64,000 nt of DNA from a virus (lineage: Duplodnaviria; Caudoviricetes), in IMG/VR virus record IMGVR_UViG_3300025715_000017, positions 1-64,000 of that record, one strand, 5' to 3'. The notes beneath the pieces are model-generated. The model saw only the letters and a list, made by a program, of their open reading frames with translations. It searched no databases and was not told where the DNA came from. Positions within the stretch are counted from its first letter, which is position 1. The number at the start of each line of letters is the position of its first letter. Shown in pieces: positions 9,167 through 19,700 of the stretch. A program made the translations under genes and the position numbers.

Positions 9167-9850
9167 ATGAAAAGATATCCTTTGATCGGTGCTAGCGGTT
9201 TGCAAGTCGGTAAATCTGTCGATCTTGCAAATGTCGCGCTATTTCTGATGACCAAAGCAACAGAAGTAGCCACTGAATATGATTGGGTATTGATGAAGTT
9301 TGGTGAAGGCAATCTGACGTGGACGCTTTCACAAGAACCCGTGTATGAGTTGAACCGTAAAGAATTGGATGACGTGTCGAAGGGTAATGCCAGTCCTTTG
9401 GAAGTTACGTTTGAAGGTAAGGCTACTTTCGTGGCTTCTAGTGGGACGGAACCACATACGGTTCATGAAATTCTTACAGGTTACAATTTCGCGACGGGTG
9501 CAAAGCAGTTTTACGGCACGTCCGAAACGTGGTTATCTGAATATGGTTGTCCCCCTTATTGCTGTCAGCTGGAATTTCATAGCATCCCGCAGTTGGAGTG
9601 CCCTCTTAGCTCAGCATTGGGTGAAGCAACGTTGTTCAGGTATTTCCGTGCAAGTAGCATTGGCTGGGACACCTCATCCAAGCGCGTGAGTGTACGTGGC
9701 ATGTCGCATGTGAAAATCCCGTTTGTACAACGCTTCGATTTTGCAGCGGCTTATGCCGCTGAACTTGGAGATGAAGTACTTACAGAAGGTGAACTTGTAC
9801 CTTTGGAAGATCTTGGTGGTACTTGGCCGGATGATCCAAGAGCTAGCTAA
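9167..9850 (+). CDS. Major tail (tube) protein
   Basis: Precedes the chaperone and tape measure genes. Contains 'GEGNLTWT...E..YELNR..LD.V..G...PLEVTFEG'. Confidence 0.65.
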   Translation: MKRYPLIGASGLQVGKSVDLANVALFLMTKATEVATEYDWVLMKFGEGNLTWTLSQEPVYELNRKELDDVSKGNASPLEVTFEGKATFVASSGTEPHTVHEILTGYNFATGAKQFYGTSETWLSEYGCPPYCCQLEFHSIPQLECPLSSALGEATLFRYFRASSIGWDTSSKRVSVRGMSHVKIPFVQRFDFAAAYAAELGDEVLTEGELVPLEDLGGTWPDDPRAS

Positions 9851-9874
9851 ACAACCTATAGGAGATTGGGGAGT

Positions 9875-10369
9875 ATGAAACTTAATGGTATTGTCCCGAA
9901 AATTCAACGCGAAGTGATAATTCCGATATTATCAGACACAGTGAAATTCTTTTTCATTGCTTTGCCTATTTCAAGCTATGATGAGTTTGATCTTCTGTGC
10001 CCTATGCCGAAACCTCGAATGGGTGGTGAGCCGGGCAAAGAAAAACCTTTAACTGACACTTCTGATTACAAGGAAGCGATGGCACATCATTCCATGCTAT
10101 TTACGGAATGGATTTACGTGAAATCGCTGGCCGAAGCAGCAGATGAAGAAGGTAATAGGGAACCAGTGGAATGGCAAACTGTTGATCGTGATGACATTGA
10201 GACTTATCCGAATTGGCGTAAAGAGTTGAAGGAAAATAACGGATTAAGCGAAGGCGATATTCGCCGGATAGAATTGGAAGTCCTGAAATGCAACTCGATG
10301 GACGACGCGCTCATTGAGAAAGCGAAGGACGATTTTTTAGCTATAGCCAAAAAGGCGGGGACGTCGTAA
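9875..10369 (+). CDS. Tail assembly chaperone (gpG analogue)
   Basis: Lies between the tail tube and tape measure genes and has a slippery site near its 3' end. ATG 9875 with a GGGGAG RBS is preferred over TTG 9866. Confidence 0.7.
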   Translation: MKLNGIVPKIQREVIIPILSDTVKFFFIALPISSYDEFDLLCPMPKPRMGGEPGKEKPLTDTSDYKEAMAHHSMLFTEWIYVKSLAEAADEEGNREPVEWQTVDRDDIETYPNWRKELKENNGLSEGDIRRIELEVLKCNSMDDALIEKAKDDFLAIAKKAGTS

Positions 10370-10536
10370 TCCCCGATGGTCGGACTTTCCTTTATGCTGT
10401 TTGGAAGGCTTGCCTACGCTGTGGGATCAAACCCCCCGGAGTAGGCAATACATGGGATGAATGTAGCCCAGTAGTACAGGCTCAGATGATAGCCTTTTCG
10501 GAGATTGCAGACTATGAAACACAGCGGCTCTTTTGA
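10333..10536 (+). other. Programmed -1 frameshift site (T TTT TTA, 10333-10339) and gpT-like extension
   Basis: GAT TTT TTA gives an X XXY YYZ heptamer. The -1 frame is open for 65 codons (SYSQKGGDVVIPDGRTFLYAVWKACLRCGIKPPGVGNTWDECSPVVQAQMIAFSEIADYETQRLF*) and has no upstream start of its own near the site. Confidence 0.8.
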
Positions 10537-11164
10537 AATTCCTGGCCTTGGTGTCGGGATCGAAGGGGCCGCTGTCCTTATTTCTAACAGATTAAATTAT
10601 GCATATTTGCGAGCATTACAAGATTATATGACTGATGTTGCGAAGCGAATACCGGTGTTGACAGGTGCAACACGGACGGCAGCTTTGCAAGTGTTAGATG
10701 ACATTGAAGATAAGCTGCAAGAGAGTGGCTTACCTTTTGAGCCTTCCGATGTGGATCTAGAACCGACTACAAGACAAGTTCCTGGATCACCATCATATCC
10801 TGCCACACCTGATACAACACCACCTTATAGGGGGAAATTTTCCCCTCAGCATTATTTTGATTTAGAATCGCGTCAAGAGTGGCGATATGAAGCAGAGACG
10901 TACACGGATGCAAGAAGCATAAGATCATTTTCTATGGCCTCTGCACATAATGGTCAGATGAATTTCGATTTCGTTATTATAACAGAAGATCAAGGTTTCA
11001 ATTATTGGGCTGATGGTGAACCCGCGAAATATAAACCTGAAGATGCTGCTGTTTATGAATATGAAAATAAGATTGGTGGGTATATACAACAGTATGTAAC
11101 CCCCACTTTGAATATATTTATGCCCAAAGCAGGGCAAAGTACTTTTGATTTTGGAGATGCATAA
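10514..11164 (+). CDS. Putative tail completion protein (HK97 gp10-like motif)
   Basis: 'RIPVLTGATRTA' resembles the PVDTG.LR.S motif. ATG 10514 is preferred. Confidence 0.4.
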   Translation: MKHSGSFEIPGLGVGIEGAAVLISNRLNYAYLRALQDYMTDVAKRIPVLTGATRTAALQVLDDIEDKLQESGLPFEPSDVDLEPTTRQVPGSPSYPATPDTTPPYRGKFSPQHYFDLESRQEWRYEAETYTDARSIRSFSMASAHNGQMNFDFVIITEDQGFNYWADGEPAKYKPEDAAVYEYENKIGGYIQQYVTPTLNIFMPKAGQSTFDFGDA

Positions 11165-14100
11165 TGGCTGATATAACATCAACTGTTGGTTTAGATGCAA
11201 GTACATATATACAAGCTGTTGAGACTATAATAAAAAAACTGCAAGAGTATCAAGAGGCTGCCGATGCCGCTAAAAAGGCTGGTGAACAGTTTGCAAATAC
11301 TCCCCTGCCTAAAATCCCTGTGGGCAATGTTTCTGCTGATCTTCAAAAAGTGGCAGCAGAGCAGAAGAAACTAATTGATGAGATCAAAAACCAATACACT
11401 GCCTTAACTACGCACATGAAGTCTATTAGTGAGACTTTGCAACAGCAATTTCAGAAAACACAACAAGTAACCACGGCAAGCAAAACACAAGTAGATGTGG
11501 CAAAGCAACAAGTTACACAAGCACAGGCAGTAAATAAAGAACTTGAAAAGCGCAAGGGCATAATACGTGCTGCTTTGATACAGGAAGAAAATGCTCAGAA
11601 GGCAGCATTCAAACCTAAACTAAGTGCAACTGATACAAGTACAGCAACACCTGAAGCACGAAGGAAAATTCAAGAAATTCAAACTGTTGCTTATGGTGAA
11701 CATGCAGCAAAATTACGAAGAACTTTAGATGCCGTAGCGAAATCTTATGATGATCCAAATAAGCCAGCGGAGAAAGTAGCAGAAGAGACTCATCGTGCCA
11801 TGAATATAATGAGTGGCGTGGGCAATGAACGTGAACGCGCACAACTATTACAAGAGAATATCGAGGCGCATGAAGCTATTACTTCTCTTAAAAGAAAAGA
11901 AGAAACACTAGAACGAAGAGTAACGAATGAGATTCAAAGGCAACTAAGAACAAAAAAGCAAGTAAGAGAAGAAACAGAAAAGCAAGCGAAAAAGACTAGA
12001 GGCCCAGCTAAAGAAACAGATGCCATTAATGACATTTATGCAAGTCTTTCAGGCAAGTTGAAATTAGGGGCGCACCCTTTCTTAGAACGGTATAGTGATA
12101 AACGAGTTGCTACTATTCAACCCGGTACGACATTAGAAGATACGAAAGTTATACAGGATGTAAGAAAAAAGGCTGAAGCACAAGCAGAATTGCATTTCAG
12201 AGGTATGCGGAGAGATGTTTTTGCGCGCTACGCATCTGATGCAGAAAAAACGAAATTGACAGTTGCCAATGCGTATGCTAAAGATCCTGAAGGCAAAGAA
12301 AAAGCAGCACATGCTATTGATGTAATGATGCGAGCGCCATCAACTGATCCTCAAAAGCGCTTAGCAGAGCAAAGAGAAGAGGATGCGCTGCTCAAAGAAA
12401 ACTTGACCGCATACACTGCGCTTGTACGTCTCAAAAACACTGTTTTAACGCTTGAGAATAAAATAACAGCAGAAGTTAATAAACAATCTAAACTGGCAAG
12501 AGAAACGGTTTCAAAAGCCGAAAAAGATCAGGTAGCATTTAGTCAAGAAAAATTACGTGCTTCTCTTTTACAAGGAAGGCAGTTGGAATGGCTGCAAACG
12601 ACTTTTCAGAAAACACATGGGCGTGAGATCACGGGCTTTGGTAAAGTTGATGTCACTCGCGCTGGTCACCAGTTACTTGATGTTTATTCTAAGACACCTA
12701 TTGATCTTAAAGGAAAATATAAAGATTTAGCAACCGGCAGCGATGTTGGAAATTTTCAAAAAATCATTGCCGAGATGCAAAAAGGTAATACGGAATTAAT
12801 TGGACAGTATCCTGAGTTGGCAAGAGCAGCTTCAGGTTATAATAAAGCGATTAAATATGGCGAGGTTGAGTCTGCACGTTTTGTAGCACATTGGGATAAT
12901 TTCTTTAGGCTTGTGCTTGCGCGTGGCATAACTCTTGTTTTCTATAGCATATCAAATGCTATTAAGCAAGCTACTACTGATGCAATTGAACTTTGGAAAA
13001 GCATTGCAGAAATACAGACAATTAGTGGTACAACGAAAATGTCTGTAGATCAATGGGCACTTTCTGTTAAAAACCTTTCCAATGTATATCATATAGCACA
13101 ACAAGATGTGGTGGAAGCACTATATCAGATTCAATCTAATCAGGTAGCAGTAGGTCAAGGCGCAATTGTATTTGCTGGTACTGCTGCTGGATTAGCGAAA
13201 GCCACGAAATCTAGCCTCACTGAAGCAGTAAATGCACTTTCCTCAATCGTGAATTCATATAATATTAGCGTATCCAATGCCGAGATCATTTCCGCACAGC
13301 TTTTCAAGACCGTTGAATTAGGCCGTGTACGCTTAGGTGACATGGCTAATACAATCGGTCGTATAACTTCCATGTCTTCATTATTGGGAGTTAGTCTTGA
13401 ATCTGTGGAAGCAATGATCCAGTTCATCACGGTTGGTGGTGTGAAATTCGAGCGCAGTGGTACTTATATCGTCAATATCATGAATTCGCTATTGAAGCCT
13501 TCAGATAAGATGAAAGCTTTCTTTAGCAGTATAAAAGTAGATTCTGGTGAGGCTGCAATTGCCCTGTATGGTTTTGGTGGTGTCCTTCAGCGCTTAATGG
13601 ATTATACACATGGTTCAGCCGGTGAACTTTCTGAAGTAGTGAAAAATCTGCGAGCAATAACAGGTTATGCCTCTGTAACTAGAGATATTGGTAAGTATGA
13701 AGAGCTAGTTGGCAAGACGAAAACCGCAATGGAGTCATATTTAGAGGCTCAAAAGTATATTTATACTGGGCCTGGTGAGCGCTTTCTTGAAATTGTTACG
13801 AAGGGTAAAAATGTATTCATAGATGCGGCGCAGTCTATTTTGCACGCGCTCTTGCGCGTTGATGATTGGCTTAAAAAAGAACATGCTGATATTTTGCATC
13901 TTGGTTTAACGAAGGGTGCAGGGATACATGGATTAGCTGATGCACCTGCTTATATTCCTGCATTGGGTACTCTTGTAGGCGTATCTTTATTAGGTAGAAC
14001 AATGGCTGCTCTGCCTAATGATCCAGTAATATCAAAAGCTTTTAAATCTGCTGGTAATAGATGGGGTGCAATACTAGCTGCAGGTGTTTTCTTAAATACA

Positions 14101-16752
14101 CGCATGAATCTGTATGCAGAAAAAATGCTAAATGACCTTAAAGATAACTATAGTGATTTCATAGATGACACTAAAATAGCAATGGAGAAGCGATATCATG
14201 AAGAGCAAAATCTAATTGAAGAGACTTTGAAAAAGCATACGCAAGCTTTCATGAAACAGAAGACTGCACTTAAAACAGCACTTGCTGAGCAGGCACAAGA
14301 ATGGAAAAACTATTATGCTACTATCACACGGCCATTAGAGATTACTTTACAATCTGCAAAAGATCTTCAGAATATTTACGAAGGCTTAATTAGTCGTCGC
14401 GAAGATTTGTTTGTTGGTTTTGCGGCTAATCCCCTTGATGCTTATGTAAGGAAAGTTGCTGTTTCACGAGACATTCTTAGTCGGCTGGATGCCTATGGCT
14501 CTGAAAATACTCTGCAAATTGCTCAGAGATTCATTGAGCGTAGTGAAAGTACTCTTGGCGAATTAGATAAAAAGATACAAGAGATCATTACGAGTAAGGG
14601 TAAAGCAGAAGATTCTATGTTTTTAGAACCTATTCTAATGCTTCGTGATGATCTGACAAGCATGATGGATTATGTCCTAGGACGCTATGCAGAAGAAATT
14701 GGTGCACCTAAGAATGTTAAAGATCTATATGAAGGTCTTTTTGGTGCTAAAACACTAGAGCAAAAGTGGGATGACTACTTCAAAGAATTTAAAGATCTCG
14801 CTGAAAAAGTTGGCAGAGCTCTTGAAGATGAGTCAATGTCTTCGCAAGCTATTAAAGATTTGCTATACTTACAGCTTACAGAACAACAAAAAAGAATATA
14901 TACGCGAGATATTGAATCAGAACCAAAGTTTCAAGCATATCTTGAGCGTGCGACCGCACTTAACTTGGCACTGGAAAAAGAATTTGAAGAACGCACGAAA
15001 ATTGAGAAGCAGCGTGAACAGATCGGAGCTGGTAAATCTTCTGAATATATGCAGGGTGATGTATTTAACAATTTATATGCTGCTGCTCAAGTATTAGCTA
15101 AATATGATCCTGAACAATTCAATGCAGTTGCAAAGTTAGGTGGACAAGTTCAAAAGACTTATGCAGGGCATAGAGGCATTATCCCTAGAGATCAGCAAGA
15201 GCAATTTGATGCTTCTTTGAAAGAGTTTATTGACAATTTTGGATCTGGTAATGAAGCTTTGCGCCGAAGAATCGAAGAAATTGCAAATTCTTGGGGGATT
15301 ACTCCTGGTAGGCTTGCGGAAAAGAAAGCAGCACAGCTTATACTTGCCACATATGAAGATACATTAAGTGAGAGTTTAGCTCCACGTACTTTGAAAGCTG
15401 GTGGCGGAGTTATTGGTGGGCCTCAAGGCACAGATACTGTCCCTGCATGGTTGACTCCTGGGGAATTTGTTGTTAGGCGCGAAATGGCTCAGAAACATGC
15501 ACATCTATTAGAAAAACTCAATGCTGGTTATTATGCCGACGGCGGGTCTGTACAAGAAGCATTGCGCATGTTCTGGTTGCAACAACAACAACAACAACCA
15601 CGCAGATATATGTTCCAACAAGCAGGAATGATGCCGCATGCATTACCTATGACTTGGCAACAACAGTATATGCAACAACAGTATATGCAACAACAGTATA
15701 TGCAACAACGATCTGGCCCTTCTCGTGGTGAACAAGCAATTGCTAGAAGAAAAGCAATACAAGAAAAATATGAGAAATTGGGTTACGATGTGATCTTTCA
15801 TGGCTTGAATTATAATATTATCCCAAAACGAGAAGCAGTACCTATTGAACCTCTGCAAAAAGGTGGTTCTTTTAGCAATTTGGGGCAAGATTTACATAGA
15901 GCAATGGCTGTGAAAATTCTTGGCAAGTCCATGCAAGGGGCGATTATCACTGAAGAAGAAAAACAGTACATGGCAAATCGTATGCAAGCAGGTGATGTCG
16001 AAAAAATGCGAAGAAGCATGGAAGATGCAAGTAAAATACACGGCAGCAGTATGAATTTAGGTGAGCGCGGTTTTAATAGGCACGCTACGGAACGACATAA
16101 ATTGATTCTTGAGCGCCAAAAAATGGTAGGTGGGCATAAAAATCTATTTGATAAATTTTATGGTACAGGTACGTGGAAAGATTATTTTGCTGGTGGCGTT
16201 ACAGGAGCTTTAGCAGCTTTAATAGCGATGACTGGATGGAGCTTATCGCCTTCTTTAGGTGGCGCCAGTATATTAGCAGGTGGTAAGACTGCTGGCACTG
16301 CCGCTTTAGGACTTGGTAAAGGTTTATTGGGTGCACTTGGTTTAGGATCAGTAAAGCAAGCAGCTGTAACAACAGGTTTAGTAGGTATGCAAGAATTATT
16401 TGCGGCTCTAACTGATTCTGAGTATAAGGGCCGCGATATCTTGAAGCGTTTGCCGATGGAGATCTTTCTTGCTAGGATGCTGGGTAGTGGTGCACCTAAA
16501 TCTAACACTTTGAATTATCAGACACAAGAGCAGTTGCTGGCAGCTATGGCTAGCGGTGGCTGGGTCGGGCAACCTAGGGGGCGCTTCCAGTCTGGTGGCT
16601 CTGTATCAGGGCAGACTATTAATAATTATTCAACTACGGCTAATGTAACCATGCAATCATCTGGCAACGAGGGTTACGATGCACGTAGGCTTATTGATAA
16701 TGTGAATAGAGAATTGCATCGCGGAACAAGGAGATTGGTAAATGTTTCTTAA
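11164..16752 (+). CDS. Tape measure protein (1862 aa)
   Basis: Long helical A/K/E/Q protein with a TP901-type core ('LAKATKSSLTEAVNALSSIVNSY...LFKTVELGRVRLGDMANTIG') and the C-terminal 'GGGVIGGPQGTDTVPAWLTPGEFVV' motif. Confidence 0.9.
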   Translation: MADITSTVGLDASTYIQAVETIIKKLQEYQEAADAAKKAGEQFANTPLPKIPVGNVSADLQKVAAEQKKLIDEIKNQYTALTTHMKSISETLQQQFQKTQQVTTASKTQVDVAKQQVTQAQAVNKELEKRKGIIRAALIQEENAQKAAFKPKLSATDTSTATPEARRKIQEIQTVAYGEHAAKLRRTLDAVAKSYDDPNKPAEKVAEETHRAMNIMSGVGNERERAQLLQENIEAHEAITSLKRKEETLERRVTNEIQRQLRTKKQVREETEKQAKKTRGPAKETDAINDIYASLSGKLKLGAHPFLERYSDKRVATIQPGTTLEDTKVIQDVRKKAEAQAELHFRGMRRDVFARYASDAEKTKLTVANAYAKDPEGKEKAAHAIDVMMRAPSTDPQKRLAEQREEDALLKENLTAYTALVRLKNTVLTLENKITAEVNKQSKLARETVSKAEKDQVAFSQEKLRASLLQGRQLEWLQTTFQKTHGREITGFGKVDVTRAGHQLLDVYSKTPIDLKGKYKDLATGSDVGNFQKIIAEMQKGNTELIGQYPELARAASGYNKAIKYGEVESARFVAHWDNFFRLVLARGITLVFYSISNAIKQATTDAIELWKSIAEIQTISGTTKMSVDQWALSVKNLSNVYHIAQQDVVEALYQIQSNQVAVGQGAIVFAGTAAGLAKATKSSLTEAVNALSSIVNSYNISVSNAEIISAQLFKTVELGRVRLGDMANTIGRITSMSSLLGVSLESVEAMIQFITVGGVKFERSGTYIVNIMNSLLKPSDKMKAFFSSIKVDSGEAAIALYGFGGVLQRLMDYTHGSAGELSEVVKNLRAITGYASVTRDIGKYEELVGKTKTAMESYLEAQKYIYTGPGERFLEIVTKGKNVFIDAAQSILHALLRVDDWLKKEHADILHLGLTKGAGIHGLADAPAYIPALGTLVGVSLLGRTMAALPNDPVISKAFKSAGNRWGAILAAGVFLNTRMNLYAEKMLNDLKDNYSDFIDDTKIAMEKRYHEEQNLIEETLKKHTQAFMKQKTALKTALAEQAQEWKNYYATITRPLEITLQSAKDLQNIYEGLISRREDLFVGFAANPLDAYVRKVAVSRDILSRLDAYGSENTLQIAQRFIERSESTLGELDKKIQEIITSKGKAEDSMFLEPILMLRDDLTSMMDYVLGRYAEEIGAPKNVKDLYEGLFGAKTLEQKWDDYFKEFKDLAEKVGRALEDESMSSQAIKDLLYLQLTEQQKRIYTRDIESEPKFQAYLERATALNLALEKEFEERTKIEKQREQIGAGKSSEYMQGDVFNNLYAAAQVLAKYDPEQFNAVAKLGGQVQKTYAGHRGIIPRDQQEQFDASLKEFIDNFGSGNEALRRRIEEIANSWGITPGRLAEKKAAQLILATYEDTLSESLAPRTLKAGGGVIGGPQGTDTVPAWLTPGEFVVRREMAQKHAHLLEKLNAGYYADGGSVQEALRMFWLQQQQQQPRRYMFQQAGMMPHALPMTWQQQYMQQQYMQQQYMQQRSGPSRGEQAIARRKAIQEKYEKLGYDVIFHGLNYNIIPKREAVPIEPLQKGGSFSNLGQDLHRAMAVKILGKSMQGAIITEEEKQYMANRMQAGDVEKMRRSMEDASKIHGSSMNLGERGFNRHATERHKLILERQKMVGGHKNLFDKFYGTGTWKDYFAGGVTGALAALIAMTGWSLSPSLGGASILAGGKTAGTAALGLGKGLLGALGLGSVKQAAVTTGLVGMQELFAALTDSEYKGRDILKRLPMEIFLARMLGSGAPKSNTLNYQTQEQLLAAMASGGWVGQPRGRFQSGGSVSGQTINNYSTTANVTMQSSGNEGYDARRLIDNVNRELHRGTRRLVNVS
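15580..15709 (+). repeat. (CAA)6 tract and three copies of CAACAACAGTATATG in the tape measure gene
   Basis: (CAA)6 at 15580-15597. The 15-bp unit occurs at 15658, 15673 and 15688 and encodes QQQYM x3. Confidence 0.9.
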
Positions 16753-19700
16753 ATACAGAAACTATGCTGAAGATACTTTAGATGGTGTATTGAATGAAAC
16801 AAGCACCACTCTTACTTTATTTACCGGTGGCACCATGCCCGATGTGCCTTTTCTTATATATCTCACAGCAGGTTTGACGCTCAGTGATCTAAAAACGGCG
16901 GAGCGCGTACTTTGTTATGAGGCATTAAGTAGCACTACATACACCGTTGCGCGTGATTGGGATAATGTCATCCCTGTTGAGGATGGTGAAGAGACTACAA
17001 TCACTGGATCAGAGGGTGATGTAGACTTCGTTGATCTTTTCACAGAAGACGATATTTATTTTCGCATAGGCGATGATGCATATCTTCACCGTTATTCTGA
17101 AGGTATAATAGAGCCGCCACTATATAGGGATGTTAATGGTGAAACGGCAAGACAAATAGGAACGCGTAATCCTTGGAGTCGTGCAACTACTTGGGAAGAT
17201 GGCACTACAGTATTAATGCTTCTTGGTGATGTTAATATTGAAGAATTACAAGATGCTAACCGCCCTTACGAGTTGCCTGATAACTTGGAAGCTGTGACTT
17301 TAACACTTTCTAGCCATATACAAATTGGTGATACTGTAAGTGAAGATGCTGGAATCATTAAGTATGCTGATGATGATTTTTGGGGGTATAATGGCGCTGA
17401 ATGGTTAAGTCTCACGCAACAAGGCGGTGAGGGTGGTGGTGATTGGACGCCACCTGAAGGGACAATAGGAGATATACTATATTACACTGGATCAGAAGTT
17501 GTTGAGCCAACTTCTCGTATTTCTGTTGGTGAAACTATCACCATTGAGGGTATTGAAATTGATGGCGACACTATTGTATTGAATAATACTGTTTTAGCTG
17601 AGACGTACATGACTGCATCGGCTTTTGAAATGGATGTTGATGATCTACGGGTTACAGCAGATATTTCTTTCAGTGTCGAATCGCCAATAATTGACTTGGG
17701 TGGTTTGGTTCTTGAAAATGCTTCCGTTATTTTACGTGATCCAGTTGTTTTTCAAGATTATTCTTTATGGTCTGTAACACCTGAGCCTGATAGCCCTGAA
17801 AATGGCATAATGTACTATGATGAAAGCATTGGTTTTCGTGCATATCAAGCAGGTGCTTGGCATCCCATGCTTGTCACTGAGATTGAGAATCCTTTTCCCA
17901 TACCTGCCGATGAGCATGCAACAGTCTCGTATACTGCTGCTGAGGGTTGGCAACCTACTTCAGAATTATTACTTGACCCTGATGGTGCACAATTTGCTGG
18001 CCCCATCATAATTGGTGAGAAGCCTGAAGAGGCTCCGCTTGTTGCTGGTATGATCGAGTATGTTAATAATGATATACAAGGTATCTTGCGACATGGAGAC
18101 AGCTATGTACGTGTATCGTTGACCAATATTCTTCCTAGCCAGATACTCCCTGATCCAGATTTAAATCCAAATGTCATACCCTATGCACTTAACAATGAAT
18201 GGGTTTCTAGTGAAAGTTTCACTTATCTTGCTGGTGTATTATCAGCTCCGATAGTGCATCTTGGTTCAGATGAACTTGGTGGGCAAATAACCTATTCTAT
18301 TAGTGCAGATGCTCTGCGTTGGTGTGATGCTGAAGGAACTTGGCATAATCTCACGGGGACTGGTGGCACAGTAGTGGTTCCTGGTGAAATTGGGTCTATG
18401 CTTGTTAGTGATGGGGTAGAATGGTCTACTGCTGAAGGTTTATCATACATTAGCAATGTATTAAGCGCCGATGGTTTACAAGGGCATGGCTTAGAGATCA
18501 TAAATATTGCTGAAGAAGCAGTTGCCAGCATAAATAGCAGTGGGCATATTATAGGGACACGCTTAGAGATTGGAGATATCATTATTTCTTCTCTAGGTAT
18601 TTCCGGCGTAAATAGCATACAAGTAGAAGATTTATCTGTGACAACTTTGCGTGTGGATAATCTAGTTGTTTCAGATTTGCCTGATACTTGGGCTGTTGAG
18701 ACTTTGAATATTGGATCATTTAATTTCTCAGTTAATGAAGATGACGATCTACTGTTGAAATATAACGCCTTGGCGATTGCAACTGTCGCAGATACTGGTG
18801 AAGTTACTTTTAACCATGACGTTACGATGCCTTCATTAACCATAGATGGGGAGGTTACTTTCGAGTATGCAATAACTGTAGGAGATGAACAATATCCCGG
18901 CATTCAAGATACTCCTGGGATGATACGATATAATGGGGATTTTCAAGGTAATCTTGGTAATGGTCGTTGGGCATCTTTCACATTGTCACTTGCTGACGGA
19001 TCTTCAGGCATAGGTGAAGATTTACTTGCACCTTTTGGTTCTGGTTTATACTGGAATGGTGAACAATGGTTCAGGAACGATATTTTCCGTATCGGTGAAG
19101 ATGGTGCGATATGTATCGGGGATACTGATACTGCTTATCCCGGTGTTATTCGATTCAATGAGTCCACAGAGAACTTCGAAGGATGTATTCAAGCAGGTGT
19201 ATGGGTGCCTCTTACGGGTATTGACGTGGAACTTCCTTCATTACCCACAGGCTCTACTGATGATTCTACTCTGCGATGGACAGGTGCTTATTGGGTGGAG
19301 AATCCAAGTTTACTTTCTGATGGAGTCATGACTTGGTTGAATCTACTTGAAATTGCACCCTATGAGAACTTCTACGACAATGGGTCTGTTAGTAATTTTG
19401 CTGATGTTGGAGAATCAACGGTATACATTCAAGGTTTTTCTACTGCTCCTACTGGTGTCATTCAATTCTCTAATCATGCCACGGAATACCAGATTCTTAC
19501 TTCTACTTCTGAAGTAATGACTATCGGACAGGTTGGTGATCTCGAACACGGTCTTACGAATGCCGTTTCCGAAGGCATAACAATTAGTATTGACGGTGTG
19601 CTACCAAGACCAGAAGCAGCTGGTGGACAGATTCGGTATAATCAAAATGACTTTGAAGGGTTCGTTGAAAATATTGGTTGGGTATCCTTTACGGGTCATC

